In this document: positions 19,993 to 29,325 of the stretch, one piece after another
Numbering within the stretch: the stretch's first letter is position 1
How the letters are laid out: each line of letters opens with the position of its first letter
Source of the DNA: a virus
Taxonomy: Duplodnaviria > Heunggongvirae > Uroviricota > Caudoviricetes
Length of the DNA stretch: 44,396 bases
Strand: one strand, 5' to 3'
Virus record (IMG/VR): IMGVR_UViG_3300028422_000701
Program-made: the position numbers and the translations under genes
Notes under the pieces: model-generated
Told to the model about the DNA's origin: nothing
Seen by the model: only the letters and a program-made list of their open reading frames with translations
Database searches by the model: none

Positions 19993-20358
19993 ATGGAAAT
20001 AATTGGGTACGAAGGTTTATATGAAATAAATGAAAATGGTGAAGTTTTTAGGTTACCACGATATTATAATACTAAAAATGGTTTACGTTATTATAACAAA
20101 AAAAGGGTACAACCTACAACAAAATTTGGAGGACAACAAGTAGTTTTAACAAAAGATGGTAAAAGAACTTGGTATCAATTAAAGTATTTAGTTGCTTTAC
20201 ACTATATACCCAACCCTAATAATTATAACCACACTATGTATATAAAAAGTACTGGGGATAATATCAATATACCTATAAATATTAAATGGGTAAGTGAAAG
20301 TGAATATTTAGAAAATTTCAAAAATAATCGTTACAAAAGTATTGACATTTCTAGATAG
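19993..20358 (+). CDS. NUMOD4 domain protein with degenerate HNH
   Basis: IIGYEGLYEINENGEV is NUMOD4; LVALHYIPNPNN...NIKWVSESE follows HNH spacing but lacks the His/Asn residues. Confidence 0.75.
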   Translation: MEIIGYEGLYEINENGEVFRLPRYYNTKNGLRYYNKKRVQPTTKFGGQQVVLTKDGKRTWYQLKYLVALHYIPNPNNYNHTMYIKSTGDNINIPINIKWVSESEYLENFKNNRYKSIDISR

Positions 20359-20370
20359 ATATGTTATAAT
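20342..20370 (+). promoter_or_regulatory. consensus sigmaA promoter
   Basis: TTGACA-17-TATAAT with extended TG. Confidence 0.75.
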
Positions 20371-20424
20371 TTATTTAACAAACAAAGATTATATTATTTT
20401 AACCCCCAAAATAATTAATAATGT

Positions 20425-20808
20425 TTGTTAAAACAGAAAGAGGTGCTGATAATGTATTTTAAAGATAAAATGTATGTTAGATTGAATTTAAAAGAAGACC
20501 ACCCCCTATACAAAGAATTCAATAACAGAATTGCAAAATTACTAAGTAATGGGGAAGGTAAGTTACTACTGGATATTTGTCCAACACAATATGTACTTGA
20601 GGGAGAACAAGAATGTGATTGGTTAGTAAGTGTTACGGACCTTGCCGACAGAATAAGAGTTACACTTGGGGTTATTTTAGATGATGTAGGAAACGAATTA
20701 AATGAAATAGACGCAAGAGTAGTTGATAAAATGTCAAACTTGGAATTATATAAATATCTTTGTCAGCAACTTACTGACTGTATTGAAATAGTAAAAAATA
20801 GGGATTAA
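20425..20808 (+). CDS. hypothetical protein
   Basis: ORF track; GAGGTG RBS before the internal ATG. Confidence 0.65.
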   Translation: MLKQKEVLIMYFKDKMYVRLNLKEDHPLYKEFNNRIAKLLSNGEGKLLLDICPTQYVLEGEQECDWLVSVTDLADRIRVTLGVILDDVGNELNEIDARVVDKMSNLELYKYLCQQLTDCIEIVKNRD

Positions 20809-20809
20809 T

Positions 20810-20986
20810 ATGGAAAATAATTCTTTTTTATGTAAGAATTGTGGGTCTGAAACTTTTAATCAGGACACCTACCCATTTTGTAGTGTAGAGTGTATGATTG
20901 AGTACATAGAAGGGGAACAAGATTTTAATTATGAAAAATACGAAGATGAACAAGACATCCTTGAACACGAGGGCTTGGAAAAATAA
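20810..20986 (+). CDS. small Cys4 zinc-finger protein
   Basis: hand-translated MENNSFLCKNCGSE...YPFCSVEC, 58 aa. Confidence 0.6.
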   Translation: MENNSFLCKNCGSETFNQDTYPFCSVECMIEYIEGEQDFNYEKYEDEQDILEHEGLEK

Positions 20987-21398
20987 ATATATTTTTATTG
21001 ATATGGACGGAGTCATTGCAGATTTTGAATTACCTAATGGTCAACAAGATGTTACTGACTGGAATATAGAAGGTGTATGCCTTAATAAACGTCCTATAAA
21101 AACAATAATAAAAAAACTTAAAAAACTAAGTAAACATAATGAACTTTATATTTTTTCCTGTGCCCCAAGTAAAGTTTGGGAAGATGAAAAAATATTGTGG
21201 TGTAAAAAATACATTCCTTTTGTAAAAGGTTATTTCTTCTTTAATAAAATGGAAGAAAAAGTAGATTTTTTTAAACAAAAAGATTGTAGTACTTATATAA
21301 GTAAAAAAGCAATTGTTATAGAAGACACCACTGAAACAATATTAAACCTACGTAAAATAGGTGTACAAAGTTATCATGTAATTAGTTTAATTATATAA
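20931..21398 (+). CDS. HAD-family 5'(3')-deoxyribonucleotidase-like phosphatase
   Basis: IFIDMDGVIADF motif I, IFSCAP motif II, VIEDTTE motif IV. Confidence 0.8.
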   Translation: MKNTKMNKTSLNTRAWKNKYIFIDMDGVIADFELPNGQQDVTDWNIEGVCLNKRPIKTIIKKLKKLSKHNELYIFSCAPSKVWEDEKILWCKKYIPFVKGYFFFNKMEEKVDFFKQKDCSTYISKKAIVIEDTTETILNLRKIGVQSYHVISLII

Positions 21399-21420
21399 TT
21401 TGAAAAGTAACAATAAACAC

Positions 21421-21449
21421 TTGTAAATTGTTACTTTTTATGTTATAAT
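21421..21449 (+). promoter_or_regulatory. sigmaA-type promoter, TTGTA class
   Basis: TTGTAA-17-TATAAT. Confidence 0.65.
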
Positions 21450-21472
21450 TAATTTAATAAAGGAGGGCGTAT

Positions 21473-21568
21473 ATGTTTGGTTTATTTTTACTTATTAGTT
21501 TATTATTTGGACTTATAAGTTTTAAAGCATTTATTATTTTATTATTACTATACGTATTTTTTGATTAA
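21473..21568 (+). CDS. 31-aa hydrophobic peptide
   Basis: AAGGAGG RBS; [31 protein letters not shown]. Confidence 0.6.
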   Translation: MFGLFLLISLLFGLISFKAFIILLLLYVFFD

Positions 21569-22346
21569 TATGAAAAAATATGTTTGTTATGGTGATTTTG
21601 TCTTTAGTAAAAATGATGGTGACATTCATTATATAACTGGTCGTAGATTAGCTGATTTGTATCATGTTGACCCAAAAGAATGTGTATTTATAGATAGAGA
21701 AGATTATAATATGTATGGTCAACTTAAATTTCCAATAAAAAAGATTGAAAATTTAATTCCTTTAAAACCTAGTTACGAAGGTTATTACCACAACCCTAAT
21801 ATTAAAAAGAAAATAATATTTTTAGATTTTGATGGTGTTGTAAATACTATATATTTTGACCAAAATGGTAAGGGAGATTATGGTTCTGGCTCTGATAATA
21901 AAGTTAATAACTGGCAAGCAATATGTTGGTTAAATGAATTATATGGTAAAGTTCCTTATTCTATTGTAGTTACATCTTGCTGGAGAACCAGTAGAACAAA
22001 TGAAGAATTACAAACAATACTTTATAATAGTGGTTTAAATAAAGAAATAGAAATACTTGGAAAAACTATAGAATTAAACACACATAAAGGGGATTATACC
22101 TTTAAATTGTTTGGACATTGGTTTTGTAAACATACAAGTCGTGGTAGGGAAATAGATTATTGGTTAAGAAATTTTAATACTTTACCTAATGATTTACCTA
22201 TAAAAATAAACCATACTACCAATAACTTTATAATACTTGACGATGATAAAGATATGTGGAAGCATAAAAAACATTTAATACAAACTACCCAAGCAGGTTT
22301 TACAGTAGTAGAATACGATAAGGTGTTAAATAAATGGAAACAATAG
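21561..22346 (+). CDS. HAD phosphatase (HAD_SAK-like) fused to an N-terminal small phage domain
   Basis: [38 protein letters not shown]; N-terminal [10 protein letters not shown]...LADLYHVD domain. Confidence 0.75.
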   Translation: MINMKKYVCYGDFVFSKNDGDIHYITGRRLADLYHVDPKECVFIDREDYNMYGQLKFPIKKIENLIPLKPSYEGYYHNPNIKKKIIFLDFDGVVNTIYFDQNGKGDYGSGSDNKVNNWQAICWLNELYGKVPYSIVVTSCWRTSRTNEELQTILYNSGLNKEIEILGKTIELNTHKGDYTFKLFGHWFCKHTSRGREIDYWLRNFNTLPNDLPIKINHTTNNFIILDDDKDMWKHKKHLIQTTQAGFTVVEYDKVLNKWKQ

Positions 22347-22555
22347 CACCTAGTTTAATAAAACAATTACGTGAAATTACAGGTAGTGGTATGTGTGAAT
22401 GTAAGAAAGTATTAGAAGTAACTAATGGTAATTTGGATGATGCAATTGCCTTATTGTGGGAAACAGGGATAGCCGTAAACACTAGAATATCAAGGTGTAA
22501 AACGTATGAGGAAGCCTACAAAATTATGAAAAGTAATAGAAATGGGGAGAAATAA
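22334..22555 (+). CDS. stand-alone EF-Ts N-terminal (UBA/TS-N-like) domain protein
   Basis: [35 protein letters not shown] matches the EF-Ts N-terminus pattern VKELRERTGAGMMDCKKAL...NGD.E.AI. Confidence 0.8.
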   Translation: METIAPSLIKQLREITGSGMCECKKVLEVTNGNLDDAIALLWETGIAVNTRISRCKTYEEAYKIMKSNRNGEK

Positions 22556-22902
22556 TGCCAACAGTAAAAATAGTTAACAACAATGATTTTATTAATGATG
22601 AAATATCAATAAATAATGGAGACTTAATTATAATATACAAAGGAACAGATGTTATTAATCATTTATTTGTATCTTCTTACAGGGGAGATGAGGTAGGACA
22701 ACACAATAGACAATATTGTAGTGTTATACAATTAGAATCAGGTCTTTTATACAAAAATAGTCCTTTAAAAAGAAAAACAAATGTAGCCGAATTAAAAAAT
22801 TATTTATTTGAAAATTATTCTACCTACCAAAATTGTTATTTGTTTAAAATAATAAAAAATAAAAATTATAGTTTAAACATTAAATTAAAGGAAGGTGACT
22901 AA
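22555..22902 (+). CDS. hypothetical protein
   Basis: ORF track, coupled to upstream gene. Confidence 0.65.
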   Translation: MPTVKIVNNNDFINDEISINNGDLIIIYKGTDVINHLFVSSYRGDEVGQHNRQYCSVIQLESGLLYKNSPLKRKTNVAELKNYLFENYSTYQNCYLFKIIKNKNYSLNIKLKEGD

Positions 22903-22903
22903 A

Positions 22904-23059
22904 ATGGAATTTATAATTACATTATTAATATTTATAATAATTTTACAATATTTTGGTATTGAAATATTTTATAAAAAAGAAAATAAAAAAGTTAACATAA
23001 CAAAAGAGACTAATAATGTTATAAATAAAATAAAAAAGTGGTTTAATGAAAATTTATAA
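22904..23059 (+). CDS. small membrane-anchored protein
   Basis: hand-translated 51 aa; GGAAGGTGA RBS; hydrophobic N-terminus. Confidence 0.55.
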   Translation: MEFIITLLIFIIILQYFGIEIFYKKENKKVNITKETNNVINKIKKWFNENL

Positions 23060-23387
23060 CAAAATAACAGAACTTGAAGTTTTAAACTTATTTGGTAACG
23101 TTGAAGTTATAGGTATGGGTTTTGTTCCTAAACGTCTTGTTGTACAAGAACTTAAAACGTCCTTATACCAAGTTAATAAATGTTGTAAAAGTTTAGTAGA
23201 ACAGGGTTTTTTAAAAACTTATAAAACAGAGCCATTTCATGATATTGAATATGAAAGTGGTATTGATTATGGTAATAGTTTATCTATTTGGGTAACTACT
23301 ATTACTGATAGTGGTGTAGAAGAATTAAAAAGGAATGATTTATATCATCCTTGGTGGGAAGGAATGAACAAAGATTTATGGAATTAA
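23046..23387 (+). CDS. hypothetical protein, possible winged helix
   Basis: LVVQELKTSLYQVNKCCKSLVEQGFL resembles a wHTH. Confidence 0.55.
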   Translation: MKIYNKITELEVLNLFGNVEVIGMGFVPKRLVVQELKTSLYQVNKCCKSLVEQGFLKTYKTEPFHDIEYESGIDYGNSLSIWVTTITDSGVEELKRNDLYHPWWEGMNKDLWN

Positions 23388-23710
23388 AAGGTTTACAAGT
23401 AAAAGATATAATTAAAATTCCATCAACTATTTACTTATGTCCTTATTGTGGTAAAAAATTATTAAGTAAAAATAGTTATAGAAATCACCTTATACAAGGT
23501 TATTGTTTAAATTATGACCATGAATATGAACTTAAGAAACAACAATATAATAACTGTGAAATAACAACAAATGAATTTTTCCAGTGGGTAATAGATAATG
23601 GTTATGATGACGTTTTATATATAAGTGATAAAGAGAAAGAACAACTAAGTGAGGAGTTACGTAACAAATTACAAAATAATTATTTTAATGGGGATGATTA
23701 TTATGAGTAG
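23351..23710 (+). CDS. hypothetical protein with C2H-type zinc finger
   Basis: YLCPYCGKKLLSKNSYRNHLIQGYC. Confidence 0.6.
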   Translation: MVGRNEQRFMELKGLQVKDIIKIPSTIYLCPYCGKKLLSKNSYRNHLIQGYCLNYDHEYELKKQQYNNCEITTNEFFQWVIDNGYDDVLYISDKEKEQLSEELRNKLQNNYFNGDDYYE

Positions 23711-23948
23711 TTATATTATAAAAGACTACGATAGGTTTTACGACATATATGAAACATTAATATGTAATTATTGTGGTATAACTAACTATGGAGATGCGAG
23801 TGTAAATACAGGTCCTTATAATTTATGTGAAGGTGGTAATAACTTTTATAATTGTAATAAGGCTATGGATTACCTTGTTAATGAACTTGATACGGAATCA
23901 CAACAAGAATTATTATATAAAGGTATAATAGAAAAGAGGAGTTATTAA
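23649..23948 (+). CDS. Cys-containing hypothetical protein
   Basis: ORF track; CNYC motif; likely start ATG 23703. Confidence 0.6.
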   Translation: MRSYVTNYKIIILMGMIIMSSYIIKDYDRFYDIYETLICNYCGITNYGDASVNTGPYNLCEGGNNFYNCNKAMDYLVNELDTESQQELLYKGIIEKRSY

Positions 23949-24175
23949 TGGAAGATACAGAGTTTGGATTTTTTATGGGTATTGTAGTTGTTGGGTTTTT
24001 AGTGTTTATTTTTTGGGCAATATCAACAACAACTACTAAATACTACTATGTAACAGAAGATGGGCATATTGGTATGAGTTACCAATGTAGTACAACTGAT
24101 AATATAAATATTTGTGATGTTAACAATAAGTTAATTATAGTAGATTACTTTGAGAGTAATGAGGAGGAAGATTAA
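23948..24175 (+). CDS. membrane-anchored hypothetical protein
   Basis: N-terminal hydrophobic helix. Confidence 0.6.
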   Translation: MEDTEFGFFMGIVVVGFLVFIFWAISTTTTKYYYVTEDGHIGMSYQCSTTDNINICDVNNKLIIVDYFESNEEED

Positions 24176-24884
24176 TATGAATAAAGAACAATTTATACAA
24201 TTAATAGAAAATTCTAAAATTGATACTAATGGTAATTTATATTATATAGAAGAAATTGGTGTAAAAGAACCTGTTGAAATAGAAAATGATAGTACACACA
24301 GGGTTTACTTTGGTACTATAACAACTATATGTGCAGATTTACTTGAATTTATAGATCCGGATGATAACAGTTTATGTGATAGACATTTTATAAATGATGA
24401 TACACTTGAATGTAAACTTGTTAGAGAAGAAGTAAAAGTTAAAGAAGAAACTTGTCCTAACCCTAACGGTGAAGAAGGTATATGTTATAATTTTGATAGA
24501 CTTGGTGGACGTTGTGGGTGTATGGATTGTGAATTACTTGATACCTTACCTAATGGTATGTTTAATGAAGGTGATCCATTGCCAGGACTTACAAAACAGT
24601 TAAATGTACAACATTATTTAACCGCAGTTGATACTTTAATGAATGAATATGATGCCTTTTATTTTCAAAATAAGTATAGTAATTTTGAAAATTGTACACA
24701 TCCAAACGAATTTACAATGTTAAATGATTTGTTGAAGGACGATTTAGTTTCTATGAAAGCTCTTGGTTGGATTAAAAACTGTTACGACTGTTATAATGTT
24801 AATGATTATGTTAACAATACAAATAGTGCTTTTAGTTACTTAAAAACTAAAATAGAAGAGGTGTTAAATGAAAGAAACAAATGA
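24150..24884 (+). CDS. hypothetical protein
   Basis: ORF track; GAGGAGG RBS. Confidence 0.65.
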   Translation: MRVMRRKINMNKEQFIQLIENSKIDTNGNLYYIEEIGVKEPVEIENDSTHRVYFGTITTICADLLEFIDPDDNSLCDRHFINDDTLECKLVREEVKVKEETCPNPNGEEGICYNFDRLGGRCGCMDCELLDTLPNGMFNEGDPLPGLTKQLNVQHYLTAVDTLMNEYDAFYFQNKYSNFENCTHPNEFTMLNDLLKDDLVSMKALGWIKNCYDCYNVNDYVNNTNSAFSYLKTKIEEVLNERNK

Positions 24885-25293
24885 AACATTAAATAGATAT
24901 GTTAATACAGAAGCCCTAAATAAGTACATACAAGTACTAAAATATAATTACACAATAGATGACAATGATATTTCCGATGGTCATCATACATTTAGGGAAT
25001 TATACGATTATAGAATGTTGTATAATGCGTTGTTTATAAACCAATGTGCTAAGGATGGTAAAATAGAAGTATATAAATCTAAAAAACATGACGACGGTTT
25101 TGAATGCTTTGGCGGTGGTTGGTTTATAGTTGTAGCAGTATTACCAACTGGAATAGTTGACAACCATTATAAATTAGAGTACTGGGATTTATTTGAGTGT
25201 GAAGAAGCAGAAATTGATAGACAAAAGTATGATGGACATACACCACAAGATGTAGCAAATAGAATGTTTAAATATTTACAAGGAGACTATTAA
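24868..25293 (+). CDS. conserved phage protein (WDGH-like motif family)
   Basis: ISDGHHTFRELY...GWFIV...YWDLF...YDGHTPQDV. Confidence 0.65.
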   Translation: MKETNETLNRYVNTEALNKYIQVLKYNYTIDDNDISDGHHTFRELYDYRMLYNALFINQCAKDGKIEVYKSKKHDDGFECFGGGWFIVVAVLPTGIVDNHYKLEYWDLFECEEAEIDRQKYDGHTPQDVANRMFKYLQGDY

Positions 25294-25294
25294 A

Positions 25295-25651
25295 ATGAGT
25301 GAATATGTAAAAAACAAGGTTATAAGACGTAGGGTGTCAAAAGATTATTATGACTTAATGGAGTTTACACCTTTACATAACGGTTTCGTATTAACATTTG
25401 GGCTTGATCCAGACACAAGTAAGTACTGTTACTTTTTAGACAAAGTATTATACCATAAGTATGGGGCTAATAGTGGTGATTATGGTAGGGTAAGAGAATT
25501 AACTAACGAAGAGTTAAAACAATATTTACCTGAATTTAAAACACTATTAAAAAGTACTAAAAAGAAAGACTTACGTTATGTAGATTACTGTTATTATAAT
25601 GGTGTAGACAATATGGGGTACTTTGAAGTAGGGGAGTATGATTATGATTAA
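25295..25651 (+). CDS. hypothetical protein
   Basis: ORF track, packed operon. Confidence 0.65.
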   Translation: MSEYVKNKVIRRRVSKDYYDLMEFTPLHNGFVLTFGLDPDTSKYCYFLDKVLYHKYGANSGDYGRVRELTNEELKQYLPEFKTLLKSTKKKDLRYVDYCYYNGVDNMGYFEVGEYDYD

Positions 25652-25895
25652 GAGGATATTTAGTAAAAAAGTTTTTAGTTACTTTGTGTCTTATAGTTAT
25701 GTAACTAGTAGACATAATGGTAACGGTATGATAGAAATACGTACAACTAAGAAATTAAAATTTAAAGATTTAAGTAAAACCATAGACGTAATATTACCTT
25801 TTTTACAAGAAATAGTACCTGAAGCTGTAAAAAATAATATTGTAATATTAAATATTATTTTAATGGGAAAGGTTAAAGGTGATAAAAATGAGTAA
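25638..25895 (+). CDS. hypothetical protein
   Basis: ORF track, overlapping neighbours. Confidence 0.6.
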   Translation: MIMIKRIFSKKVFSYFVSYSYVTSRHNGNGMIEIRTTKKLKFKDLSKTIDVILPFLQEIVPEAVKNNIVILNIILMGKVKGDKNE

Positions 25896-26238
25896 TGACG
25901 ATAATGTAATAACTAGTTGTAGACCTGAACCCTTTGATATAACAAATATTAAGTCCTTGGATGAAATGAAAAAAGAGTTTGGAGAACAACTTGAAAGTTA
26001 TATGTACACCTGTATAGTTGAATTCTTAGAATCCTTAACAAACAATTCAATTGCAGTCTATGACTTAGAAAAAATTAACCAACAACTACTTACTAAACTA
26101 ATGTTTGCATTATGCCCTACTGACCACCAACTTGATGATAGTTACAAACAAAAGTTTAAAGAAGCTATACTTAACAACTTAGATAAAGATACAGATACAA
26201 TTAGGAAAATACTAAGGGGTATTTGGGATGAACAATAA
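25879..26238 (+). CDS. hypothetical protein
   Basis: ORF track. Confidence 0.6.
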   Translation: MIKMSNDDNVITSCRPEPFDITNIKSLDEMKKEFGEQLESYMYTCIVEFLESLTNNSIAVYDLEKINQQLLTKLMFALCPTDHQLDDSYKQKFKEAILNNLDKDTDTIRKILRGIWDEQ

Positions 26239-26512
26239 GTGTACAGTTGTAGTAAATGATTTTAAATGGGAAAAAGGTGTAAATGATATTGAGTACATTA
26301 AACTACTTGAACAACTTGTACAACACCAAAAAGAAACTATTGGTAATGCTATAAAAAAGTTACACGAAAAAAACTATTATGAAATTGCTTGGGAAGAACT
26401 TAAACAAGTTACCAGCGTAAAAAGAATGGAAAAATTTAATGTTGACAGTATGTTAGATATTAAAGAAATAGAAAAGAAATATAATTTAGGAGGAAATTAT
26501 GAAAGTAAATGA
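26228..26512 (+). CDS. hypothetical protein
   Basis: ORF track. Confidence 0.6.
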   Translation: MNNKCTVVVNDFKWEKGVNDIEYIKLLEQLVQHQKETIGNAIKKLHEKNYYEIAWEELKQVTSVKRMEKFNVDSMLDIKEIEKKYNLGGNYESK

Positions 26513-27002
26513 TAGAGTTATGTTAGTTAGTGTAGAGAGTGAAGTAAAAGGTCTATACACTGATAGATTAGGTAAAACAGGAATTGTTACTAGAAATTAT
26601 GGTGATTTTGTTAGTATAGCATGGGACGATAATTATTTAGGGTATAATACACCTTATACAAAAAATGTTAAACTATTAGATGACTTATTTAATAAACGTT
26701 GTTTAAAAAATAATGACTTAGTAACATTTAAAAATGGTACTACAGCATTACTTATAGGTATAGACTTTTATACTGTAAAAGACGGGTTTATTATGAACAC
26801 ATTAGAAAGTGCATTAACAGATTATAATGAAGACTTAACTACTATTAATCGTTACCAAAAAAACTTTGATATTGTAAAAATTAGTAGATTAAGTAACCAA
26901 CCACTATATAGTAAAATGTATGAACGTAAACAAGAACGTACATTACAACAACTAAAAGAAGAACTTGGTTATGACTTTACATTAATAGAAGATGAGGGCT
27001 AG
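26499..27002 (+). CDS. hypothetical protein with SH3/KOW-like N-terminus
   Basis: MKVNDRV...LGKTGIVT...VSIAWD; AGGAGG RBS. Confidence 0.6.
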   Translation: MKVNDRVMLVSVESEVKGLYTDRLGKTGIVTRNYGDFVSIAWDDNYLGYNTPYTKNVKLLDDLFNKRCLKNNDLVTFKNGTTALLIGIDFYTVKDGFIMNTLESALTDYNEDLTTINRYQKNFDIVKISRLSNQPLYSKMYERKQERTLQQLKEELGYDFTLIEDEG

Positions 27003-27336
27003 TATGGAAGAAATAGTAAAACAGTACTTGCAAGAAAAAGAAAATAAAATAACAGAATTAACTGGTAAACTAGAAGAAGTAACTCGTGAACTTGAAAGTG
27101 AAAAACTTTCACAATGTAATATTGATAATTACTTACAGTTACAAAATTATGTTAAAAAAGATTTAATTAAAACACATGAATACCATTTTAAAAATATGGA
27201 ATTTAAGGATGGTGACTTAGACCAAGGTTGTTATCATTATAATGAACTACGTACATATTTAATTAGTTTTGGTATTACTGACCTTAATTTTATACACACA
27301 TTAATTAACGACGTTTACAACGAAATGGGTAAATAA
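26992..27336 (+). CDS. coiled-coil hypothetical protein
   Basis: ORF track. Confidence 0.6.
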   Translation: MRASMEEIVKQYLQEKENKITELTGKLEEVTRELESEKLSQCNIDNYLQLQNYVKKDLIKTHEYHFKNMEFKDGDLDQGCYHYNELRTYLISFGITDLNFIHTLINDVYNEMGK

Positions 27337-27338
27337 GT

Positions 27339-27590
27339 ATGAAAAGGATTGACAAAATTAAAAGTATGTCCTTAGACGAAATGGTTGTTTTCCTTGAAGA
27401 CTTATTATACAACGAAGATAGTTGTGAGGGTTTATGTTGTTACGATTGTATGTATTTTGGTACACATCATACTGATAAAAGTTACATAGGTACAGAATAT
27501 GAACACTTGTATGAATGTAAAGGTTGTGAAAATGAAAATGATCCTACCTTAAAAGTTTGGTTAAACAAGGAGGTACAAGATGAAAAGTAA
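27339..27590 (+). CDS. Cys-rich hypothetical protein
   Basis: RIDKIKSMSLDEM...CYDC...CKGC...WLNKEV. Confidence 0.6.
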   Translation: MKRIDKIKSMSLDEMVVFLEDLLYNEDSCEGLCCYDCMYFGTHHTDKSYIGTEYEHLYECKGCENENDPTLKVWLNKEVQDEK

Positions 27591-27819
27591 TGATATAGTT
27601 TTAAAAAATAAATATGTAGTAAAACAAATACCTAAAACTAATGCCAAAGGTTTTAATACATTAAAAGTTGGTGATATTATAGAAATAACTTTACCATTAA
27701 CTTATGGTAGGGGTAGGGGTTTATATGCTTATTACCCTTTAATTAATGGTATACCTTGTGCTGGTATACCATTAATACAAAAATTAATGAATAAAGGTAT
27801 GGTACTTGAGGAGGTATAA
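27580..27819 (+). CDS. hypothetical protein
   Basis: ORF track; GGAGG RBS. Confidence 0.6.
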   Translation: MKSNDIVLKNKYVVKQIPKTNAKGFNTLKVGDIIEITLPLTYGRGRGLYAYYPLINGIPCAGIPLIQKLMNKGMVLEEV

Positions 27820-28324
27820 TATGGTAAAATCACGTGGTTTTCATATTTGTAAAAATGGTAAAGATACAATAGTACTAGATGGTACTACTTATAGTGGTAA
27901 GTGGGTTTATGGTTACCATTGGGTAAGTGAAAGTTATTGTTGTTTTGCAAATGAGGGTACTGACAGACACTATATAAGACAACAAAAAAATCATGATTGG
28001 AATCTTACTTCACAAGAAGATTATGAGGTTATTCCACAAACAGTAGGTTTATTTACAGGGTTAACTGATAAAAATGGTAAAGGTGTTTATAACGGAGATA
28101 AAGTAAAAATGCATTACTTTTTTGAAAATTTTAACCCAGTAAGTTTAGGTGTATACGAAGACGAAAATGAAGTAACAGGTATTGTATGTTGTGATAATAA
28201 ATATGGTACAGTACTTGAAGTACTAAATAGTAATAAAGAATATGTATTTTATCATATATATGATTATGTACAAGAACCAACTGAAGAACTTGAAGTACTT
28301 GGTAATATGTATATGGAGGTTTAA
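27806..28324 (+). CDS. YopX family protein
   Basis: GKWVYG...EVIPQTVGLFTGLTDKNGKGVYNGD...LEVLGNMY. Confidence 0.85.
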   Translation: MRRYNMVKSRGFHICKNGKDTIVLDGTTYSGKWVYGYHWVSESYCCFANEGTDRHYIRQQKNHDWNLTSQEDYEVIPQTVGLFTGLTDKNGKGVYNGDKVKMHYFFENFNPVSLGVYEDENEVTGIVCCDNKYGTVLEVLNSNKEYVFYHIYDYVQEPTEELEVLGNMYMEV

Positions 28325-28327
28325 ATA

Positions 28328-28678
28328 ATGTACGAAATTAAAAAGGAACTGGACAACAAAAAATATAAAATTATAAATGATCTAAATGTTGAGGGTATAG
28401 TTATTGACTATGATGATGTTATGGATATATTAGATAAATATGATAATCAACCTGATTTAGAGGAAGATTTAAAAGTAGCATTAAAGGAAACAGTAACTAT
28501 GGGTGACTTAATAAATACCAATAAAGAACTTATAAAGAAGTATGAAGATAAAATAAATGACTTAAATGAAACACGTAATATGTGGTTAGATAAAGGTAAT
28601 TATTCTATGGTTGGTAGTTGTGACGATAAAATAAACACACTTTATATGGTAGTACAAGATTTAAGGGGGAGGTACTAA
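28328..28678 (+). CDS. hypothetical protein
   Basis: ORF track; GGAGG RBS. Confidence 0.6.
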   Translation: MYEIKKELDNKKYKIINDLNVEGIVIDYDDVMDILDKYDNQPDLEEDLKVALKETVTMGDLINTNKELIKKYEDKINDLNETRNMWLDKGNYSMVGSCDDKINTLYMVVQDLRGRY

Positions 28679-28957
28679 ATGAAATTAAGAACATTAATTG
28701 ATGAACTTAATAAGTTATACTGTAAATACGGTAATGTTGACGTAATGGTTGACTTCCAAACAGGTGGAGACGGTAATTACAGTTTTTACAACGGTAGTAA
28801 ATTACTTACTTACAGTGATGAAACACCTGATACTTTATTTACTAATGTGTTAATAGAAGAAATACTTAGTATTGACGAAGTTACAAATAACACAGGTAAA
28901 GTAACAGGTATAGTATTAAATAATTACAGGAATGGAGGAAATAACAATGATTTATAG
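28679..28957 (+). CDS. hypothetical protein
   Basis: ORF track; GGGAGG RBS. Confidence 0.6.
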   Translation: MKLRTLIDELNKLYCKYGNVDVMVDFQTGGDGNYSFYNGSKLLTYSDETPDTLFTNVLIEEILSIDEVTNNTGKVTGIVLNNYRNGGNNNDL

Positions 28958-29141
28958 AGTTATATGGGGTTTAATATGTGCATGGTTATTAAGTGCATTT
29001 GGGTTTGATACTTTAATGACAAACGGGATATTAGAACTTACAGGGGTTACAATAACAACAAGTACATACTACTTAATTATAGTATTACTTAATGTAATGA
29101 GACCAAGACGTACTGGCGTTACAATTACAGGCAGTAAATAG
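28932..29141 (+). CDS. small membrane protein
   Basis: two hydrophobic segments; likely start ATG 28947. Confidence 0.6.
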   Translation: MEEITMIYRVIWGLICAWLLSAFGFDTLMTNGILELTGVTITTSTYYLIIVLLNVMRPRRTGVTITGSK

Positions 29142-29325
29142 GAAGCCCTTATAGGCACAAAAAATTTTTTATAAAATTATTAGGCACTTTTAAAAATAGG
29201 TGTCTTTTAATTTAGCCATTTTTATTTTTGAAATTGGGGAGCCAATAGGGCACTTTTTTTGGGACATTATATACCTCATTTTGGGAGCCTTATAGGAGCA
29301 AAAAAATTGGACTTTATATACCTCA
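29141..29325. repeat. degenerate 47-bp tandem repeats (GGGAGCC..ATAGG.CA and GGAC.TTATATACCTCA) with A/T tracts
   Basis: units at 29236 and 29283; partial unit at 29141. Confidence 0.75.

Noticed and set aside
22334-22555. Host tsf gene or chromosomal contamination
   Set aside because: Only the N-terminal domain is present, coupled to phage genes on both sides, with no rpsB or pyrH context.
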